Positions 1 through 12,374 of a DNA stretch of 64,000 bases are shown here, in pieces. Within the stretch, counting starts at the first letter, position 1. Each line of letters opens with the position of its first letter. Where the stretch lies: positions 10,489 through 74,488 of the forward strand of contig USDJ01000005.1 in NCBI GenBank assembly GCA_900553395.1. Reading direction: 5' to 3'. The notes beneath the pieces were generated by a model. The model had not been told where the DNA came from. It ran no database searches and saw only the letters and a program-made list of their open reading frames with translations. Source of the DNA: an uncultured Mycoplasmatota bacterium. Lineage in GTDB: Bacteria; Bacillota_I; Bacilli_A; RF39; UBA660. The position numbers were made by a program, and so were the translations under genes.

Positions 1-26
1 AGGAATGTGAATATATACAGAATTTA

Positions 27-470
27 TCATTTTTTAGTTAAATTTCCTTGAACTCTATCACTTATTATTCCTCTTACTTCTTCATAAAGCTCTGGATTTA
101 TTTCTGCTAATCGTTCAACATCTCTATAAATCGTCCAATAAGAAGTATTAAATACTTTTGCTATTTCTTCAATAGTAAATCCATTTTTTATTATCCTGGC
201 TACAGCTAAAATTCTTTCTTTAATTTCATCGTTTTCTATAGTTTTAGGTTTATTTCTATCTATAATATTCTGAATATCACTACTAAATTCAGGGTGCATT
301 TTTATATACAAATTTCTATAATTAACAACTGTTGGTATACTGATAGGGAAAAAGTTTTTACTAAAAAATTCTACTGCCTCTCTAATCGAACATCCAGTTT
401 CTCTTATATAACTTCCTACTAATTCTATTCTTCTTTTTCTTTCTGCGTCATCTTTTAAATTTCTAGCCAT
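27..470 (-). CDS. SpoIIID-like DNA-binding protein with two tandem HTH modules (147 aa)
   Basis: C-terminal half '[52 protein letters not shown]' follows the SpoIIID pattern as remembered from B. subtilis (…STVHKDL…LPEINPDL…). N-terminal half '[24 protein letters not shown]' repeats the start of that pattern. Confidence 0.55.
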   Translation of the reverse strand: MARNLKDDAERKRRIELVGSYIRETGCSIREAVEFFSKNFFPISIPTVVNYRNLYIKMHPEFSSDIQNIIDRNKPKTIENDEIKERILAVARIIKNGFTIEEIAKVFNTSYWTIYRDVERLAEINPELYEEVRGIISDRVQGNLTKK

Positions 471-2265
471 TATTATCCTCCATACTTAGAACACTTAAGA
501 AGGCTTCTTGTGGCACTTCAACATTACCCACCATCTTCATTCTCTTCTTACCTTCTTTTTGCTTTTCCAACAATTTTCTTTTTCTTGAAACATCTCCACC
601 ATAGCACTTAGCAAGTACATTTTTTCTAACAGCCTTAATATCGCTACGGGCTATTGCCTTTGTACCTATTACTGCTTGAATTGGAATTTCAAATTGTTGA
701 CGTGGAATTAATTTTCTTAAATTCTCAACAATAGCTTTTCCTCTATTGTAAGCAAAATCCTTGTGTACGATAAGACTTAATGCATCAACCATATCGCCAT
801 TAAGTAATATATCCATTTTTACTAAATCACTTTTTTTGTATCCTATAAGATCATAATCAAACGAAGCATAACCTTTGGTATAACTTTTTAGCTTATCAAA
901 AAAATCATATACTATTTCTGACAATGGTATTTCATAATGTATATTTACTCTTTCTGTATCTATATATTCCATTGATACATAGTTTCCTCTTTTATTTTGA
1001 CATAATTCCATAATTGGGCCTATATATTCACTTGGAACAAATATGTTTGTTCTTATATATGGTTCTCTTATTTCTTTTATTTTTTGACGTTCTGGCATTT
1101 TAGATGGGCTATCGATATTAATAACACTATTATCTGTAAGTTCTACCTCATAAATAACACTTGGACTTGTAGCTATTAAGTTTATTCCAAATTCTCTCTC
1201 TATTCTTTCTTCTATTATTTCCATATGAAGAAGTCCTAAAAAACCACATCTAAATCCGAATCCTAATGCCTTGGATGTTTCTGGTTCAAATTCTAGTGAT
1301 GCATCATTTAATTTTAGCTTTTCTAGTGCCTCTCTAAGTTCAGGAAACTTACTTGATTCTATCGGGTATAATCCACAAAATACCATTGGCTTCATAGGTT
1401 TATATCCTGGAAGCGGAGATGCACTTTTTAAAGCATTGGTTATTGTATCGCCTACTTTTACATCTTCTATTTTTTTTATACTAGCACATACATATCCTAC
1501 TTCACCTGTTGTTAATTCTTTTTTATTTTTCATATTAGGTGTATGCACACCAAGCTCCACTACATCGTATTGTGATGATGTAGCAAGCATTTTTATTTTA
1601 TCACCTACTTTTAGAGTACCATTCATAATTCTTACTAAAGCAACTATTCCTCTATAAGAGTCAAAATAACTATCAAAAATAAGTGCTTGTAATAAATCGT
1701 CTTTGTTTCCACTTGGAGGTGGTATTCTTACTATTAAAGCTTCTACTAATTCTTTTATTCCAATCCCATTTTTAGCGCTACAAAGAATTATCTCTTCCTC
1801 TTTAAAGCCTAAATTATCTACAAGTTCTTTTTTTACCTTTTCAACATTAGCATTAGGTAAATCTATTTTATTAATAACTGGTATAATAACTAAATCATTC
1901 TCCATAGCAAGATAAAGATTTGCTAAAGTTTGAGCTTCTATTCCCTGAGCAGCATCTACAACGAGTATAGCACCTTCACACGCTGCTAAACTTCTAGATA
2001 CTTCATATGTGAAATCTACATGTCCTGGTGTATCGATTAAATGAAGAATGTATTCTTCACCATTATATTTATATTTAAGCTGTACAGTATTTAATTTTAT
2101 TGTTATACCACGTTCTCGCTCTATATCCATATTATCTAGTATTTGTGCTTGCTTTTCTCTTTCTGTAATAGCCCCCGTTATATCGAGAATTCTGTCTGCC
2201 AAGGTACTTTTACCATGATCTATATGAGCTATTATAGAAAAATTTCTAATATTCTCCTGTTTCAT
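463..2265 (-). CDS. lepA: Translation elongation factor 4 (LepA)
   Basis: GTPase motifs 'AHIDHGKST', 'DTPGHVDF', 'NKID' and a LepA-type C-terminus '[21 protein letters not shown]'. Start moved from the ORF-track 2325 to ATG 2265, which follows an AAAGGTGG RBS. Confidence 0.97.
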   Translation of the reverse strand: MKQENIRNFSIIAHIDHGKSTLADRILDITGAITEREKQAQILDNMDIERERGITIKLNTVQLKYKYNGEEYILHLIDTPGHVDFTYEVSRSLAACEGAILVVDAAQGIEAQTLANLYLAMENDLVIIPVINKIDLPNANVEKVKKELVDNLGFKEEEIILCSAKNGIGIKELVEALIVRIPPPSGNKDDLLQALIFDSYFDSYRGIVALVRIMNGTLKVGDKIKMLATSSQYDVVELGVHTPNMKNKKELTTGEVGYVCASIKKIEDVKVGDTITNALKSASPLPGYKPMKPMVFCGLYPIESSKFPELREALEKLKLNDASLEFEPETSKALGFGFRCGFLGLLHMEIIEERIEREFGINLIATSPSVIYEVELTDNSVINIDSPSKMPERQKIKEIREPYIRTNIFVPSEYIGPIMELCQNKRGNYVSMEYIDTERVNIHYEIPLSEIVYDFFDKLKSYTKGYASFDYDLIGYKKSDLVKMDILLNGDMVDALSLIVHKDFAYNRGKAIVENLRKLIPRQQFEIPIQAVIGTKAIARSDIKAVRKNVLAKCYGGDVSRKRKLLEKQKEGKKRMKMVGNVEVPQEAFLSVLSMEDNNG

Positions 2266-2317
2266 TAAACCACCTTTATTAATTATATCAAAAAAACATA
2301 TTATTTTAAATATGTTT

Positions 2318-3412
2318 TTAAGCACTATATTTGTCTAAAATATAATTTTCTAACTCTTCTTTATCATTTTTTATAAATTTATTTACTAATTTATATTCCA
2401 AATCATCAATTATTTCTTTTAAGAATTTGCCAGACTTTCTATTTAGAATCTCACAAATTCTCTTAGCTTCTATTTTAATATCAGTTTTATTAGTTATATA
2501 AAGGCTATTATAGCGTTCATTTACTAAATTCTTATCTATTCCTTTTATTTCACTTACTATAGTAGAAATATAAAGTCCATATGTATATAAATTATTATAA
2601 TCTAGAATATCTTTAGTCATGAGTTCATTTATTTTTTCTATAGAGTCTCTTTCTGTAGTATTAAAGTTATACTTATCTAAGCAATCAAGTTGAGCCCAAA
2701 TTCCTATCAAATACGTGGTAGGAATAAGTTTATCCATATTCTTTAATTCTAGCACTTCATCAAGACCTAGGTCTCTTATTAAATAAATTCCATATAATGA
2801 GTTTGTACTAGAAAAAATTTTATCTAATTCCTCTTTTTTTCTATAATAAGAAAGATTTCTGAGTAACTCTTTATGATTTATTATAGCCTCTTTTAAGTCT
2901 TTATCTAATCTAAAGTTTAAAATAGTAGCAAATCTTATAGCTCTTAAAATCCTAAGAGAATCTTCTGATATTTTAATATCAGCATTTCCAACTGTTTTAA
3001 TAGTTTTATTGTTAATATCTTCCTTACCATTTAATAAATCTATTAGCTTACCATTTGAATCTATGCACATAGTATTCATAGTAAAATCTCTTCTCATTAA
3101 ATCCTCAACAAGACTGTCTACATACTCTATTTCTATAGGTTTTCTATTGTTTAAGTACTTTATCTCACGCCTAAATGTAGTAATTTCAAATCTAATACCT
3201 TTAATAATTAAAGTTACTGATCCATATTGCTCTGCTGGAAGTATAAGATCTCCAAATATAATTTTAAGCTGCTTAGGGGTAGCGGATGTACAAATATCAT
3301 AATCTACACTATCTCTTCCCATATATAAGTCTCTAGGATAACCGCCTACTAAATAGGCCTTATATCCATGACTCGATATTTTTTTTAATAGCTTAAGTGC
3401 TGCTTCATTCAC
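2318..3412 (-). CDS. cca: CCA-adding enzyme / tRNA nucleotidyltransferase (poly(A) polymerase family)
   Basis: Head-domain motifs '[22 protein letters not shown]', 'RRDFTMN' and '[10 protein letters not shown]'; 364 aa. Confidence 0.85.
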   Translation of the reverse strand: MNEAALKLLKKISSHGYKAYLVGGYPRDLYMGRDSVDYDICTSATPKQLKIIFGDLILPAEQYGSVTLIIKGIRFEITTFRREIKYLNNRKPIEIEYVDSLVEDLMRRDFTMNTMCIDSNGKLIDLLNGKEDINNKTIKTVGNADIKISEDSLRILRAIRFATILNFRLDKDLKEAIINHKELLRNLSYYRKKEELDKIFSSTNSLYGIYLIRDLGLDEVLELKNMDKLIPTTYLIGIWAQLDCLDKYNFNTTERDSIEKINELMTKDILDYNNLYTYGLYISTIVSEIKGIDKNLVNERYNSLYITNKTDIKIEAKRICEILNRKSGKFLKEIIDDLEYKLVNKFIKNDKEELENYILDKYSA

Positions 3413-3422
3413 ATAATCACCC

Positions 3423-4553
3423 TTATTTATTATTCATTATTTCTTTATATTTATTTAAAATGTATTCATTTATATAAGACATTTTATTATTGATATCGCT
3501 TAATAATTTAAATTGGTTTCTAGCTCTATCTAAATTATGAGTTTCATAATTAGTTTTAAAATATGTATCGCCATTTATATAGTCGCTCAAAAATCTAAGT
3601 CCAAGTTCAAATGTAATAATTCTAATGGCTTCCCCCATATTGCACACTTCTTCTTCTAATAAATATGGTGCCATTTCACTTAGATAACCATCAGTATAAG
3701 ATTCGAATAGCTCAAGATCCAAATATACTTTATCTAAATCTTTTTCATCTTCACTAGAACTAGATGCAGTACTTCTTATTCCATCACCATAATCATAAAG
3801 TGAACTACCTAGCATAACTGTGTCTAAATCAATAACCGCTAGATAATCGTTAGTATCTTTATTCATCATAACATTATTGATTTTAGTATCATTATGTGTA
3901 ACTCTAACTGGAATCTTGCCTTTAGACATTAAATCAGTAATAGTAGTTGAACATTCTGAATTTTTAATAACAAAGATAATATCTTTTGCTACATCATCAA
4001 CCCTATTACATACATCCAGACTTATATCACTTAAAAATGATTTATATCTTAAACTTGTATTATGAAAGTCTTTTATAGTTTCTTCAATTGTATTTATTGG
4101 ATAATCTATCAACATTTTTTGAAAATTACCAAATGCCCTACCCGTATTATAGACTATGTTTTTATCTACAGACACATCATATGATATAGAGTTCTCGATA
4201 AATTCATATGCTCTATAATACTGTTTTTCACCAGATTCATCTAAAATTACAGCTAAGTTTTTATTGTCTTTTGTTAACACTACTTTTAAAGTCTGATGAT
4301 CATTATCTCCCCTGAATTTAAGTTTTCTTTCTATCCAGTTTGTTACATTTTCTATATTCTTCATTAATTTATAAGGCTCTTTAAATACAGTGGTATTTAT
4401 TTTCTGGAATATAAATTCTTTTTCTTCACCACTGTCCATTTTATATGTTGCCACAAAAGTCTTATTTATATTTCCACTAGAATTACCTTTTATATTGATA
4501 ATCTTGCCTGCTATATCAAATCTGTTGGCTATATTTTTTATATCATCACTCAT
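3423..4553 (-). CDS. N-acetylhexosamine 1-kinase-like phosphotransferase (NahK/LnpB-like, APH fold)
   Basis: Blocks 'IPVRVTHNDTKINNVMM', 'VIDLDTVMLGSSLYDYGDGIRS', 'EDEKDLDKV' and 'GLRFLSDYINGDTYFKTNYETHNL' align with Bifidobacterium NahK as I remember it. Not verified by search. Confidence 0.7.
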   Translation of the reverse strand: MSDDIKNIANRFDIAGKIINIKGNSSGNINKTFVATYKMDSGEEKEFIFQKINTTVFKEPYKLMKNIENVTNWIERKLKFRGDNDHQTLKVVLTKDNKNLAVILDESGEKQYYRAYEFIENSISYDVSVDKNIVYNTGRAFGNFQKMLIDYPINTIEETIKDFHNTSLRYKSFLSDISLDVCNRVDDVAKDIIFVIKNSECSTTITDLMSKGKIPVRVTHNDTKINNVMMNKDTNDYLAVIDLDTVMLGSSLYDYGDGIRSTASSSSEDEKDLDKVYLDLELFESYTDGYLSEMAPYLLEEEVCNMGEAIRIITFELGLRFLSDYINGDTYFKTNYETHNLDRARNQFKLLSDINNKMSYINEYILNKYKEIMNNK

Positions 4554-4598
4554 ATTATCACCATATTAATTATACCAAAAAAAAAGCATTAGATAAAG

Positions 4599-4620
4599 AA
4601 AAAAGCATTAGTTTAATGCT
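4599..4620 (-). terminator. Rho-independent terminator of hup
   Basis: Minus strand reads GAAGCATTA-AAC-TAATGCTT followed by TTTTTCTTT; the stem overlaps the hup stop codon. Confidence 0.7.
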
Positions 4621-4880
4621 TCTTTTAATTTTGATCCAGCTTTTGCTTTAACAGCTACTCTAGCAGGAATTTTTACAGTCTCACCAGTTCTTGGATTACG
4701 TCCTTCTTTAGCAGCTTTCTTTTCTGCAGTAAATGTACAGAAACCTGTTAAAGTTACTTTTCCTTCTTCTTTTAATCCTTTAGTTACTCCACACATAAAC
4801 GCATCTAGTGCACGAGTAGCATCTGCTTTTGTTAATCCAGCTTCTTCAGCTATATAATTTACTAAATCTGTTTTAGTCAT
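4608..4880 (-). CDS. hup: DNA-binding protein HU
   Basis: 90 aa, 'MTKTDLVNYIAEEAGLTKADATRALDAF…GRNPRTGE…IPA', the classic HU/IHF fold signature. Visibly more G+C-rich than its surroundings, as is typical of highly expressed genes. Confidence 0.95.
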   Translation of the reverse strand: MTKTDLVNYIAEEAGLTKADATRALDAFMCGVTKGLKEEGKVTLTGFCTFTAEKKAAKEGRNPRTGETVKIPARVAVKAKAGSKLKEALN

Positions 4881-4985
4881 TTTTGACTTCCTCCCTATCT
4901 AATTCAATAAGCTACCTTGCTTACAATTTAATATTATCATATATAAAATTTGATTGCAATATTTTTTTTAAGAAAATAGCCATTT

Positions 4986-6104
4986 TTACTTATTTTTATT
5001 AATAAAATCCTCTATTTTCTTGAATTCAGCGGTCTTTAAATTAGTTTCTGCTAACTCAGTAAATAGTTTCTTTTGTGTTCTATCTAATTTTTCTGGAATA
5101 GCTATATTTAATACAACATACATATTTCCTTTACTACCAGTATGTAAATCTTCTATACCTTTTCCTTTTAGTCTAAGTTTATCTCCAGTACTAGATGCAG
5201 CCGGTATAGCAATTGTAACATTGCCATATAGTGTAGGGACTTCTTTTTTACATCCTAGTACTGCATCTGTAATAGTAATTGGAAGTTCTAAATATATATC
5301 ATTATCTTCTCTTTCAAATATAGGATGTTCTTTAACTTTAAATTCTATATAAAGATCTCCATTTGAGCCACCATTTGAGCCACTATCACCTTTTCCTGCT
5401 AGTCTTAATTGATTTCCTGTATCAACACCAGCTGGTATTTTTACCTCAATATCCTTATTACTTTTAATCTTACCTGATCCTTTACATTTTGAACAAGTTG
5501 AACTATAAACTTTACCTTGACCTTTGCAGTCTGGACAAGTAGTTCTAGACATAAATGCACCTAGAAGTGTATGTTGTTCTCTAGTCACTACACCCTGGCC
5601 ATGACAAGTTGGACAAGTTTTCTCACCCTTACCACCTTTGCCATCACACTCTTTACATTCATCATACACATCTAAATTTATAGTTTTTTTACATCCAAAA
5701 GCAGCTTCTTCAAAAGTAAGATCAATTTTCATTAATCTATCTGATCCTCTTCTAGCATTAGACTTAGAGTTACTTCTACCCCCAAATCCAGAGAATCCTC
5801 CAAATGCACTTCCAAATATATCTCCAAATATATCTCCAAAATCAAAGTCTGAAAAATCAAATCCAGCTCCACCATTCATAGAATCAAATGCTGAATGACC
5901 ATATTTATCATATTTAGCTCTTTTGTCTGGATCACTTAAAACTGCATATGCTTCCTGAGCTTCTTTAAATTTTTCAGCTGCATTAGGTTCTTTAGAAACA
6001 TCTGGATGATATTTTTTTGCAAGCTTCCTAAATGCACTTTTTATTTCTTTTTCGTCAGCATCACGGGAAACTCCAAGAATCTCGTAATAGTCTCTTTTTT
6101 CCAT
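4986..6104 (-). CDS. dnaJ: Chaperone DnaJ
   Basis: J domain 'DYYEILGV…KYHPD', a G/F-rich region, and four CxxCxGxG zinc motifs ([32 protein letters not shown]). Confidence 0.97.
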   Translation of the reverse strand: MEKRDYYEILGVSRDADEKEIKSAFRKLAKKYHPDVSKEPNAAEKFKEAQEAYAVLSDPDKRAKYDKYGHSAFDSMNGGAGFDFSDFDFGDIFGDIFGSAFGGFSGFGGRSNSKSNARRGSDRLMKIDLTFEEAAFGCKKTINLDVYDECKECDGKGGKGEKTCPTCHGQGVVTREQHTLLGAFMSRTTCPDCKGQGKVYSSTCSKCKGSGKIKSNKDIEVKIPAGVDTGNQLRLAGKGDSGSNGGSNGDLYIEFKVKEHPIFEREDNDIYLELPITITDAVLGCKKEVPTLYGNVTIAIPAASSTGDKLRLKGKGIEDLHTGSKGNMYVVLNIAIPEKLDRTQKKLFTELAETNLKTAEFKKIEDFINKNK

Positions 6105-6117
6105 ACAGCATCCTCCT

Positions 6118-7905
6118 CTAAATCAAACTTTTAAGTTCTTCTAATTTATCCTTAAACATACTTAAGGCATCTAATATAGGCTTTGGTGTAGTCATATCAA
6201 CACCAACTTTTTTCAATATTTCAAGTGGATAATCGTTTCCACCACTCTTTAAAAATTCTAAATATTTATCTCTAGTTTCAGTATCACCTTTAATAACCTT
6301 ACTAGCTATAGATAGTGCACTACTTAAACCAGTAGAATATTTATACACATAAAATGAAGTATAAAAATGTGGAATTCTAGACCATTCATATCTTATTAAA
6401 TCATCGCTAATTACACCATCACCATAATATAATTTATTCAAGTTATAGTAAGTGTCAGAAATTTCTTTTTCTGTTAATGGAATACCATCCATTTCCTTTT
6501 TATGCATAATCATTTCAAATTCAGCAAACATAGTTTGGCGATATATAGTAGTTCTTACACTATCTAAAAAATCAACTAAATAATATATCTTTTCCTCTTT
6601 TGTAGCAGCGTGTTTATATAAAAAATCATTTATTAACACTTCATTAACTGTTGAGGCTATCTCTGCTAAAAATATTGGATAATTTGAATCTACATAATTT
6701 TGAGATTTAGAATAATATGAATGCATAGAATGTCCTAATTCGTGTGCCATAGTACTTACAGCATCAGTTGTATCATTATAGTTTAATAGTAAGTATGGAT
6801 ATGAATCATAACATCCCCAAGAATATGCTCCTGATTTTTTACCTTTACTAGGATATATATCAATCCATTTTTCGTCAAATGCTTGATTTAAATCTTTTAA
6901 GTACTGATTACCTAAAGGTTTTAAAGCATCAAATAAAATTTTCTTTCCTTCATCAAAAGGAATAGTTTTAGTATCAATATCAACTAAATCTACATATATG
7001 TCATACATATGAACTTCATCTAATTTCAACATCTTTTTTCTTATACTCATATATTCATACATAAGATCTAGATTATCGTGTATAGTGTTAATTAAATTAT
7101 CATATACACTTTTATCTATATTATCAAGAAATAAGCTTCTCTCTAAAGTTGAAGGATACTTTTTTACATTTGTTACAAATAAGTCTTCCTTTATTTGACC
7201 TACATATGTAGATGATAATGTATTTTTCAAAGATTTGTAATAATTATACATCGAACTAAACGCATTTTTTCTTACATCTCTATTCTTACTTTTCATAAAA
7301 TTAATATAATTACTAGCTGTTAATTTTACATTTTCACCTGATTCATCCTTTACATAGCCTAGATCTATATCAGCATTATTTATATTAGAAAAAGCCTCAG
7401 AGCAATTTCCAAACGCATTTAATGCTCGTACAAATATATCCTCTTGCTCTAAACTTAGCGAATGATCTTTAAATCTAAAAATACTTTCTAAATAGAATCT
7501 ATATTCATCTAAAGCTTTATTTTCTTTTATATAATCCAAAACAGTATCATAACTAGCACTCAACATCTCGGGTTCTATAAAAGCGTACAATTCATTTAAT
7601 TGCTCATTTATTTTATCTATTCTCATTTTTAGTGCTTTAGAATCATTATTAGTTGTATCAGTATCATAATTCATTTTTGCGTAAACATAAAGCTTAGATA
7701 GTATTCTATCTTGCTTTTCTGTCAACTTTAGAAACTCATATAAACTACTTGAACTATCCATAATATGAGATTTATATTTTAATATTTCAGGGGTTAATTT
7801 ATTAACCTCTGAAATATCATTTTCTATATCTTTATCAGATTTATACATTTTACTTAAATCCCACTTATATTCATTAGGTACTTCATTACGTGTTTTATAT
7901 TCCAT
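6118..7905 (-). CDS. pepF: Oligoendopeptidase F (M3B)
   Basis: 595 aa with zinc site 'HELGHSMH' and downstream 'EIAS', the typical PepF length and layout. Confidence 0.88.
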   Translation of the reverse strand: MEYKTRNEVPNEYKWDLSKMYKSDKDIENDISEVNKLTPEILKYKSHIMDSSSSLYEFLKLTEKQDRILSKLYVYAKMNYDTDTTNNDSKALKMRIDKINEQLNELYAFIEPEMLSASYDTVLDYIKENKALDEYRFYLESIFRFKDHSLSLEQEDIFVRALNAFGNCSEAFSNINNADIDLGYVKDESGENVKLTASNYINFMKSKNRDVRKNAFSSMYNYYKSLKNTLSSTYVGQIKEDLFVTNVKKYPSTLERSLFLDNIDKSVYDNLINTIHDNLDLMYEYMSIRKKMLKLDEVHMYDIYVDLVDIDTKTIPFDEGKKILFDALKPLGNQYLKDLNQAFDEKWIDIYPSKGKKSGAYSWGCYDSYPYLLLNYNDTTDAVSTMAHELGHSMHSYYSKSQNYVDSNYPIFLAEIASTVNEVLINDFLYKHAATKEEKIYYLVDFLDSVRTTIYRQTMFAEFEMIMHKKEMDGIPLTEKEISDTYYNLNKLYYGDGVISDDLIRYEWSRIPHFYTSFYVYKYSTGLSSALSIASKVIKGDTETRDKYLEFLKSGGNDYPLEILKKVGVDMTTPKPILDALSMFKDKLEELKSLI

Positions 7906-7950
7906 ATTATCTCCTTAATTTAAGAAGTTCTAGTTGCCTAGAACTTCATT

Positions 7951-9795
<1,845 letters not shown>

Positions 9796-10437
9796 TTATT
9801 CACTAACTTTAACCATCGCTGGTCTAATAACTTTATCTTTATATAAGTAACCTTTCTGTAAAACTTCTAAAACCATACCTGGTTCAATACCTTCTCTATG
9901 TTCTACCATAATTGCATTATGATAAACTGGGTCAAATGGCTTATTAGCACCATCTATTGGTTTTACTTCAAAGTTACTCATAATATTTTGCATATTACAA
10001 TAAATCATCTTAAATCCTTCTAAAAATTTAGATACCTCGTCTTCTAGATTATCATCATCTAATTTTATAGCTCTTTCAAAGTTATCTAAAACAGGTAACA
10101 TTTGCTTAATAAAATCCTCGTTGCAGAACTTTAGCATTCTAACAACTTCCTCATCTTTTCTTTTTCTATAATTTACTAAGTCTGCCTTAGCTATTAGGAC
10201 TTCCTCTTCTAACTTTTTATTAGCATTTTTTAATGATTCAATCTCTTGCTTATGCTTATTTTTTTCTTTTTTGTGCTCTTTTTTATCTATGTGATCACTG
10301 CAATGTACATCATTAGTGCAGCCACAATTATCACCGCAATTGCACTCATTATTAGTTTCTTCATTGCAATTACAATTACTATCACAAGTTGCTTTACAAG
10401 ATGCTTCTTCACAATTACATTTATTTTCTTCTTGCAT
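9796..10437 (-). CDS. grpE: Nucleotide exchange factor GrpE with a cysteine-rich N-terminal extension
   Basis: C-terminal GrpE core 'LVNYRKRKDEE…LPVLDNFERA…FDPVYHNAIM…VLQKGYLYKDKVIRPAMVKVS'. ATG 10437 follows AAAGAGGT, 14 nt after the hrcA stop. Confidence 0.93.
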   Translation of the reverse strand: MQEENKCNCEEASCKATCDSNCNCNEETNNECNCGDNCGCTNDVHCSDHIDKKEHKKEKNKHKQEIESLKNANKKLEEEVLIAKADLVNYRKRKDEEVVRMLKFCNEDFIKQMLPVLDNFERAIKLDDDNLEDEVSKFLEGFKMIYCNMQNIMSNFEVKPIDGANKPFDPVYHNAIMVEHREGIEPGMVLEVLQKGYLYKDKVIRPAMVKVSE

Positions 10438-10450
10438 AGATACCTCTTTT

Positions 10451-11440
10451 CTATTTCGAACCAATACTATTTTTGATATACTCTAATAAAGTTATTACTC
10501 TATCATACTCCATTCGTTTAGGACCTATCAAAGCAATAGTACCTTCTTCTCCATTTATAGTATATTTCGTTTTTATTACTGTTACATCATCATCGAAATT
10601 ATTTTCACTTCCTATATAAATATTAATACCATTATCTTCTTCTTTTATAGAATTTACAATATCTTTATCTTCGAACTTACTAATAATTTCTCTTATCTTA
10701 TCTGCATTATTAAATTCGGGTTGCATTAAAATATTTTTTCTACCACTTACTTTAACCGACTCATTGGCGAAATCTGCAAAAGCATTATAAAATGCGTTAT
10801 ATAAAACCTCGTGTTGATGAACATATTTTCCAATTATAGGTTTTACCTGATATTCTAAGACTTCACTTACCATATCTATACTAGTTCCAATTATAAGTTT
10901 ATTTATAAGATCAACAGTTTGTTTAATCTCAGACGTGTCAACTTCACTTGGTAGGTAGATATTCTTATGTTCAACGTGTCCCTTATCTGTTACCACAATA
11001 GCTACTAAATTATTAGAATCAATTGGGATTACTTCTATTTTTTGAACTAAATTTTCACTTGATTGTTTTCCCAAAACTATAGTAGTATAATGAGTAAGCT
11101 CAGAAACAATTTCCATACTTTTTAATATTGCATCACTTACTACTAATGATTTATTATCTACTATCGTTTGCAACCTCAACATATCTTCTCCTGTTAATTC
11201 TTTAGGCCTCATTATATTATCTACATAATATCTATATCCAGCCTCACTAGGAATTCTTCCAGATGAGATATGTGTCTTTTCAAGTAGTCCTATTTCTTCT
11301 AGATAATTCATCTCAGCTCTTATCGTAGCACTTGAACATTTCATTATATTGCATAATGCTTTGGAACTGACAGGTCTTGCACTTTTAACATAATCCTCTA
11401 CTATCAATTTCAAAAGCATCTCTTGCCTTTTACTAATCAT
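10451..11440 (-). CDS. hrcA: Heat-inducible transcription repressor HrcA
   Basis: N-terminal winged HTH 'RQEMLLKLIVEDYVKSARPVSSKAL', 329 aa, first gene of the hrcA-grpE-dnaK operon, with CIRCE elements upstream. Confidence 0.95.
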   Translation of the reverse strand: MISKRQEMLLKLIVEDYVKSARPVSSKALCNIMKCSSATIRAEMNYLEEIGLLEKTHISSGRIPSEAGYRYYVDNIMRPKELTGEDMLRLQTIVDNKSLVVSDAILKSMEIVSELTHYTTIVLGKQSSENLVQKIEVIPIDSNNLVAIVVTDKGHVEHKNIYLPSEVDTSEIKQTVDLINKLIIGTSIDMVSEVLEYQVKPIIGKYVHQHEVLYNAFYNAFADFANESVKVSGRKNILMQPEFNNADKIREIISKFEDKDIVNSIKEEDNGINIYIGSENNFDDDVTVIKTKYTINGEEGTIALIGPKRMEYDRVITLLEYIKNSIGSK

Positions 11441-11490
11441 ACAACCACCTCTACATTAGTATATAGCTTTTTTTATGATTTATAACATTT

Positions 11491-11517
11491 TTAGCACTAT
11501 CTTTTCCTAAGTGCTGA
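11491..11517 (-). promoter_or_regulatory. CIRCE operator (proximal)
   Basis: TTAGCACTA-TCTTTTCCT-AAGTGCTGA, compared with the consensus TTAGCACTC-N9-GAGTGCTAA; 51 nt upstream of the hrcA start. Confidence 0.85.
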
Positions 11518-11537
11518 TATAAGTATAACACCATATT

Positions 11538-11564
11538 TTAGCACTGTCAATAAAAAAGTGCTAA
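11538..11564 (-). promoter_or_regulatory. CIRCE operator (distal)
   Basis: TTAGCACTG-TCAATAAAA-AAGTGCTAA, a near-perfect 9-N9-9 inverted repeat. Confidence 0.85.
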
Positions 11565-11605
11565 TTTCAATAAAATTTCACAAAAAAAGTTAGTATATCT
11601 ACCAA

Positions 11606-12361
11606 CTATTTATTATATGAATCAAAAATATAATTTTCATTTACATATTTATAATTTAAGATTATTTTCTCTTCCTTGTTTTTATAATTATAAGTAACTT
11701 CAATATTTAAATCATTGCCTTGTAACTTATAATTAATAATTTTATATTTTAAAGTATCAGCAAGAGCTTTATGATTACTAAGCGATATAAATTGATTACT
11801 AAATGAGTTATAATAAGCTCTTAAAAATGAGCCATCTATTATGTCTATTTTTTTAGCATCTGCACTAAATAATTTTTTATATTCATCATTTAATTCATCA
11901 TAACTAAATATGAAAGAATAATCATTTGAGCAAAAGCCTTCCTTTGTATCTTTTACTATATGGTATTCATCATTAGTTAAGTTATATGTAGCAAAGCTAT
12001 TATTATCAAATATTTTTTTACAATCAGCAATTTTTGTATACAAAGATTTTTCTTTAGCATTTTCTAAAATATTATTAAAAGCTATTATTATTTTTAAATT
12101 ATCGCCAGTTTCTTCAGTGTTAACTAATAAAGACAAATTTACTTTTAAAATGCTGTCTACTAACTGTTTCAACTCATCATTTGATATTTTTTTTACATTT
12201 TCTATATTATTATTTTTATTTTCAGCTATATTATCTTTAGCATTACTATTATTATCTAAATTATTTTTTTTGTTAGAATCAACAATAATAGTTAAATATA
12301 ATAAGCCTAATCCTAATATTAGCATTATAAATGCTAATACTACTATTTTTTTTCTTTTCAT
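11606..12361 (-). CDS. Hypothetical membrane-anchored/secreted protein (251 aa)
   Basis: N-terminal 'MKRKKIVVLAFIMLILGLGLLYLTIIV' signal/anchor followed by an Asn-rich linker. No recognisable domain. Last gene of a four-gene unit. Confidence 0.5.
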   Translation of the reverse strand: MKRKKIVVLAFIMLILGLGLLYLTIIVDSNKKNNLDNNSNAKDNIAENKNNNIENVKKISNDELKQLVDSILKVNLSLLVNTEETGDNLKIIIAFNNILENAKEKSLYTKIADCKKIFDNNSFATYNLTNDEYHIVKDTKEGFCSNDYSFIFSYDELNDEYKKLFSADAKKIDIIDGSFLRAYYNSFSNQFISLSNHKALADTLKYKIINYKLQGNDLNIEVTYNYKNKEEKIILNYKYVNENYIFDSYNK

Positions 12362-12374
12362 ATTTTCTCCATAA

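Noticed and set aside
1271-1915. Plus-strand ORFs of 128 and 70 aa inside lepA. Similar antisense ORFs occur at 3009-3302, 3877-4065, 5020-5898, 8487-8726, 15435-15911, 27762-28780, 34871-35206, 36615-37406, 50730-51074 and 62087-62404.
   Set aside because: They lie entirely antisense to strongly supported conserved genes. Their low-complexity, Ser/Phe/Leu-rich translations are typical of the reverse frames of AT-rich genes, and they have no RBS.
2266-2325. N-terminal extensions in the ORF track, for example on lepA, dnaK, grpE, nusA, rimP, rpmG, nfo, pcrA, the BceA-like ATPase, and the 61007 and 49368 starts.
   Set aside because: The extended starts are GTG/TTG/ATG codons lying inside or upstream of obvious Shine-Dalgarno sequences. 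Conserved protein N-termini begin at the downstream ATG.
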